Shown here: positions 62,571 through 64,000 of the stretch, piece after piece
Layout: each line of letters opens with the position of its first letter
Numbering within the stretch: the stretch's first letter is position 1
DNA from: a virus
Taxonomy: Duplodnaviria; Heunggongvirae; Uroviricota; Caudoviricetes
Strand: one strand, 5' to 3'
Virus record (IMG/VR): IMGVR_UViG_3300049211_000031
Coordinates: 946-64,945 of that record
Length of the DNA stretch: 64,000 nucleotides
Translations under genes and position numbers: made by a program
Notes under the pieces: model-generated
Databases searched by the model: none
What the model was told of the DNA's origin: nothing
The model's input: the letters and a program-made list of their open reading frames with translations, nothing else

Positions 62571-63956
62571 ATGCTAGGTGATAGATTTTACGTAGAAAAA
62601 GACAAAGGTGGAAAACCTAAGTTATTTTCTCCAGTGTACACAGAAAGAGTTAAAGATAATCTTTTAGAGATTACTGATTATCTTGAATCATGTTGTAATA
62701 CACTTACAAACATATCTAATTATAAGAGATTTTACATAAAATTAGATTCTCATAATAAGCCTATACATGGAACCTTAACTAATAGAAGACCTATTACGGG
62801 GAATTATGCAGATATAACTTTAGCTTACGTATCCCAATCATGTTGTTCAACACATGTTGAAAAACAATTAGTTAATTTTAATTCTGTAAATATTACAGAA
62901 TACCCTGTTGGAGTATTTAATTATGTGGGAGACTATTTAGGAGATGCTAATACACAGCAAGAGTACATTAGTATATGGAATGCTGATCCTGTAAATAACG
63001 AAAAAGCATTATTATCAATAGGTTCAAATGATTTTTTGTTTGATGTTTTGTTATTGGATGAGACATTTACAGGAAACTTACTAGGATTGAATTTCTTTTC
63101 GACTACATTTGCAAATAACGGAAATGTAACACTGCATCTTGATAACGACGCAGTAATTATAAATAAAACTACTGATGCTATTTACTATAGTAATAACTAT
63201 CCTGTCGTAAATAGTGATACCAATGTATTTTTTAATTTCATTGTTCCTTATTTCTGGCATGTGACACCCACTTTTAATATGAGAAATGTTGCATTAACTG
63301 GGTACACTGCAGGTGAAAAAATGAATATCTATCATAATAATGTAGATATTGTATTTGCACATGTATTTACAAATCAATTAACAACTATCCAGGGTCAACT
63401 TCCTACAGGATTACAATATTTCTTTGCAAGAGGTGTTGTCACAACAGACTATAATTTAATTACTAATGTTGGAGATTTAGCAAATCTTAAGGTTTGGGCA
63501 ACTGATCATTTTGGAGGAGCTCCTAATTATATTCTTCCATCATTTGTTCCAACAGAATTAAGAGATTTATCCCAGATAGAAATGTTATGGCTTGGTGAAA
63601 CGAATACTGCAGATGAATTGTATCAATTTGATTGGGTTACAGCAGCCAATTTTCCTGTATTAACAGATTTAATATTTACAGGTAATCCACTTACACTAAC
63701 AAGTGTGGACAATGTTTGGGTGTCAGCGCTTCCCAAACCTACTAATTTGCTATTGTTTAAATTTAATTTTCTAGTGCCTAGTTCTATAGCAGATGATCTT
63801 TGGAATGCAATCGGTAATCATATGACAGGGGTTGTTCCTACTGGTGCTCAGAAGAGAATCGTAGTAGCAAACACGGATACAACTGTGACGGCTGCTTCTT
63901 TGTCAGCTAGAAATGCTCTTACTGCTGCTGGTTGGACTTTAAGTTACACTGTATAA
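62571..63956 (+). CDS. putative fibre/structural protein with LRR-like C-terminal region
   Basis: LxxLxxL spaced repeats; C-terminal ..L.AAGWT motif. Confidence 0.6.
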   Translation: MLGDRFYVEKDKGGKPKLFSPVYTERVKDNLLEITDYLESCCNTLTNISNYKRFYIKLDSHNKPIHGTLTNRRPITGNYADITLAYVSQSCCSTHVEKQLVNFNSVNITEYPVGVFNYVGDYLGDANTQQEYISIWNADPVNNEKALLSIGSNDFLFDVLLLDETFTGNLLGLNFFSTTFANNGNVTLHLDNDAVIINKTTDAIYYSNNYPVVNSDTNVFFNFIVPYFWHVTPTFNMRNVALTGYTAGEKMNIYHNNVDIVFAHVFTNQLTTIQGQLPTGLQYFFARGVVTTDYNLITNVGDLANLKVWATDHFGGAPNYILPSFVPTELRDLSQIEMLWLGETNTADELYQFDWVTAANFPVLTDLIFTGNPLTLTSVDNVWVSALPKPTNLLLFKFNFLVPSSIADDLWNAIGNHMTGVVPTGAQKRIVVANTDTTVTAASLSARNALTAAGWTLSYTV

Positions 63957-64000
63957 AACATACTGAAAGATATTAATAATGAGTAAATCAAGAGTTTGTA

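Noticed and set aside
1-64000. Alternative genetic code (stop-codon recoding as in some crAss-like phages)
   Set aside because: Very long genes are open in code 11 and no suppressor (CUA/UCA) tRNA is present.
1-64000. CRISPR array, integrase, transposase, intron or intein
   Set aside because: No regularly spaced repeats or recognisable motifs; TerL and RNAP show no obvious intein or homing-endonuclease insertion.

Overview
AT-rich fragment of a large lytic Bacteroidota-infecting, crAss-like podovirus genome. All credible genes are on the + strand and use the standard genetic code. Order: small early/accessory ORFs with an R2K-type ATP-grasp gene (0.1-3.5 kb); a tRNA region (23 tRNA/tRNA-like genes in three arrays at 3.77-6.03 kb, plus solitary CAT and Cys tRNAs); terminase, portal, scaffold and major capsid genes; ring, muzzle and fibre genes; a phosphoesterase moron; ejected cargo proteins including a 3782-aa virion RNA polymerase (GADFDIDKL); and a lysis cassette with a GH24 lysozyme. 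The standout is the tRNA region. Each of the three arrays is preceded by a Bacteroidota promoter, a 25-29 aa leader ORF and an intrinsic terminator, with mutually exclusive protector (1:2), antiterminator (2:3) and terminator (3:4) pairings. The sensor codons of each leader specify the amino acids whose tRNAs lie in the array directly downstream (I/V/G/R/A/E/K; L/S/Y; N/W/H/T/F/P/Q/D). This looks like ribosome-mediated attenuation that lets the phage sense which host tRNA pools are depleted and switch on the matching tRNA operon. I am not aware of such a system having been described. All structures were read by eye; family assignments come from motif recognition, not database searches.
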